A DNA stretch of 63,909 nucleotides, filler included, from Lama guanicoe (Eukaryota), in NCBI GenBank assembly GCA_013239625.1. It is 76 parts of 75 records of this genome, joined end to end, with 100 filler letters (N's around TTAATTAATTAA, not from the genome) between each part and the next. Parts side by side here need not be neighbours in the genome. Positions count along the whole stretch, not along the records: positions 62,730 to 63,909 come from MU053970.1; 75 more parts are not named here. The stretch is one strand, 5' to 3'. This document shows positions 62,630 to 63,909 of this stretch, piece by piece. The stretch's first letter is position 1; the number at the start of each line of letters is the position of its first letter. The position numbers and the translations under genes are program-made. Below the pieces are notes generated by a model. The model saw nothing but the letters and a program-made list of their open reading frames with translations, made no database searches and had not been told where the DNA came from.

Positions 62630-63909
62630 NNNNNNNNNNNNNNNNNNNNNNNNNNNNNNNNNNNNNNNNNNNNTTAATTAATTAANNNNNNNNNNNNNNN
62701 NNNNNNNNNNNNNNNNNNNNNNNNNNNNNATACACATTTAAATAGTATAGTCATCAAATTTAAGAAGTTAGCATTTGCGGTAACAGTGAATGCCACTTTT
62801 CAAAAGCAGATTTAATATTTTTATTTAGATTTCTGGTAAGAATCATAGTTGCAAGCAAATTTTTTCATAATCTTGAATACATAAGGCACTGTCCTCATTT
62901 TTTAGAAAAAANNNNNNNNNNNNNNNNNNNNNNNNNNNNNNNNNNNNNNNNNNNNNNNNNNNNNNNNNNNNNNNNNNNNNNNNNNNNNNNNNNNNNNNNN
63001 NNNNNNNNNNNNNNNNNNNNNNNNNNNNNNNNNNNNNNNNNNNNNNNNNNNNNNNNNNNNNNNNNNNNNNNNNNNNNNNNNNNNNNNNNNNNNNNNNNNN
63101 NNNNNNNNNNNNNNNNNNNNNNNNNNNNNNNNNNNNNNNNNNNNNNNNNNNNNNNNNNNNNNNNNNNNNNNNNNNNNNNNNNNNNNNNNNNNNNNNNNNN
63201 NNNNNNNNNNNNNNNNNNNNNNNNNNNNNNNNNNNNNNNNNNNNNNNNNNNNNNNNNNNNNNNNNNNNNNNNNNNNNNNNNNNNNNNNNNNNNNNNNNNN
63301 NNNNNNNNNNNNNNNNNNNNNNNNNNNNNNNNNNNNNNNNNNNNNNNNNNNNNNNNNNNNNNNNNNNNNNNNNNNNNNNNNNNNNNNNNNNNNNNNNNNN
63401 NNNNNNNNNNNNNNNNNNNNNNNNNNNNNNNNNNNNNNNNNNNNNNNNNNNNNNNNNNNNNNNNNNNNNNNNNNNNNNNNNNNNNNNNNNNNNNNNNNNN
63501 NNNNNNNNNNNNNNNNNNNNNNNNNNNNNNNNNNNNNNNNNNNNNNNNNNNNNNNNNNNNNNNNNNNNNNNNNNNNNNNNNNNNNNNNNNNNNNNNNNNN
63601 NNNNNNNNNNNNNNNNNNNNNNNNNNNNNNNNNNNNNNNNNNNNNNNNNNNNNNNNNNNNNNNNNNNNNNNNNNNNNNNNNNNNNNNTCAGGTCTCCTAG
63701 GAACTCCAGTGAAACATTCAGACAGTGTTTATCCTCATTCATAAAATTAAAATGAAACATAAAGGATGCTTATATTTATGGTGTGATCTGCAAATATTAT
63801 CCCCACAAAATCTTTTTAAATAATATTATTTTGGGGTCTTTAAAATAAAACAAATCTCCATCTTTTGTACACAAATTTATTCCATATTAGTGAATAGGGT
63901 ATAACTAAT

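Noticed and set aside
838..62729. Regularly spaced identical palindromic TTAATTAATTAA resembling a CRISPR-like repeat-spacer array
   Set aside because: It is always centred in 44+44 N and encodes stops in six frames, so it is an artificial concatenation linker.

Overview
This window is not a contiguous locus. It is about 76 short (roughly 0.25-1.6 kb) unplaced mammalian scaffolds joined by an artificial 100-bp linker (44 N + TTAATTAATTAA + 44 N), so adjacency between scaffolds means nothing. The L1 3' ends look camelid, which is an inference from recalled consensus. The content is mostly repeats: an AT-rich AGAAYNY heptamer satellite (11 scaffolds), a GC-rich 267-bp satellite with an older diverged subfamily, a ~249-bp satellite with a gradient of diverged subfamilies, L1/LTR/DNA-transposon fragments, and several non-satellite sequences present as multiple diverged copies. 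One of those multicopy sequences is built from a decayed L1 5' end and ORF1. Two gene fragments are recognisable: exon 2 of the Y-linked heat-shock factor HSFY, with an in-frame TAG, and an unusually diverged intron-flanked TRAPPC9 exon. Two unidentified probable coding exons are also present, one encoding a Pro/Ala-rich protein with a hydrophobic C-terminus whose stop overlaps AATAAA. There are no complete genes, RNA genes, CRISPR arrays or prokaryotic systems, and I cannot support a novel multi-gene system. Homology calls come from memory of reference sequences, not from searches.
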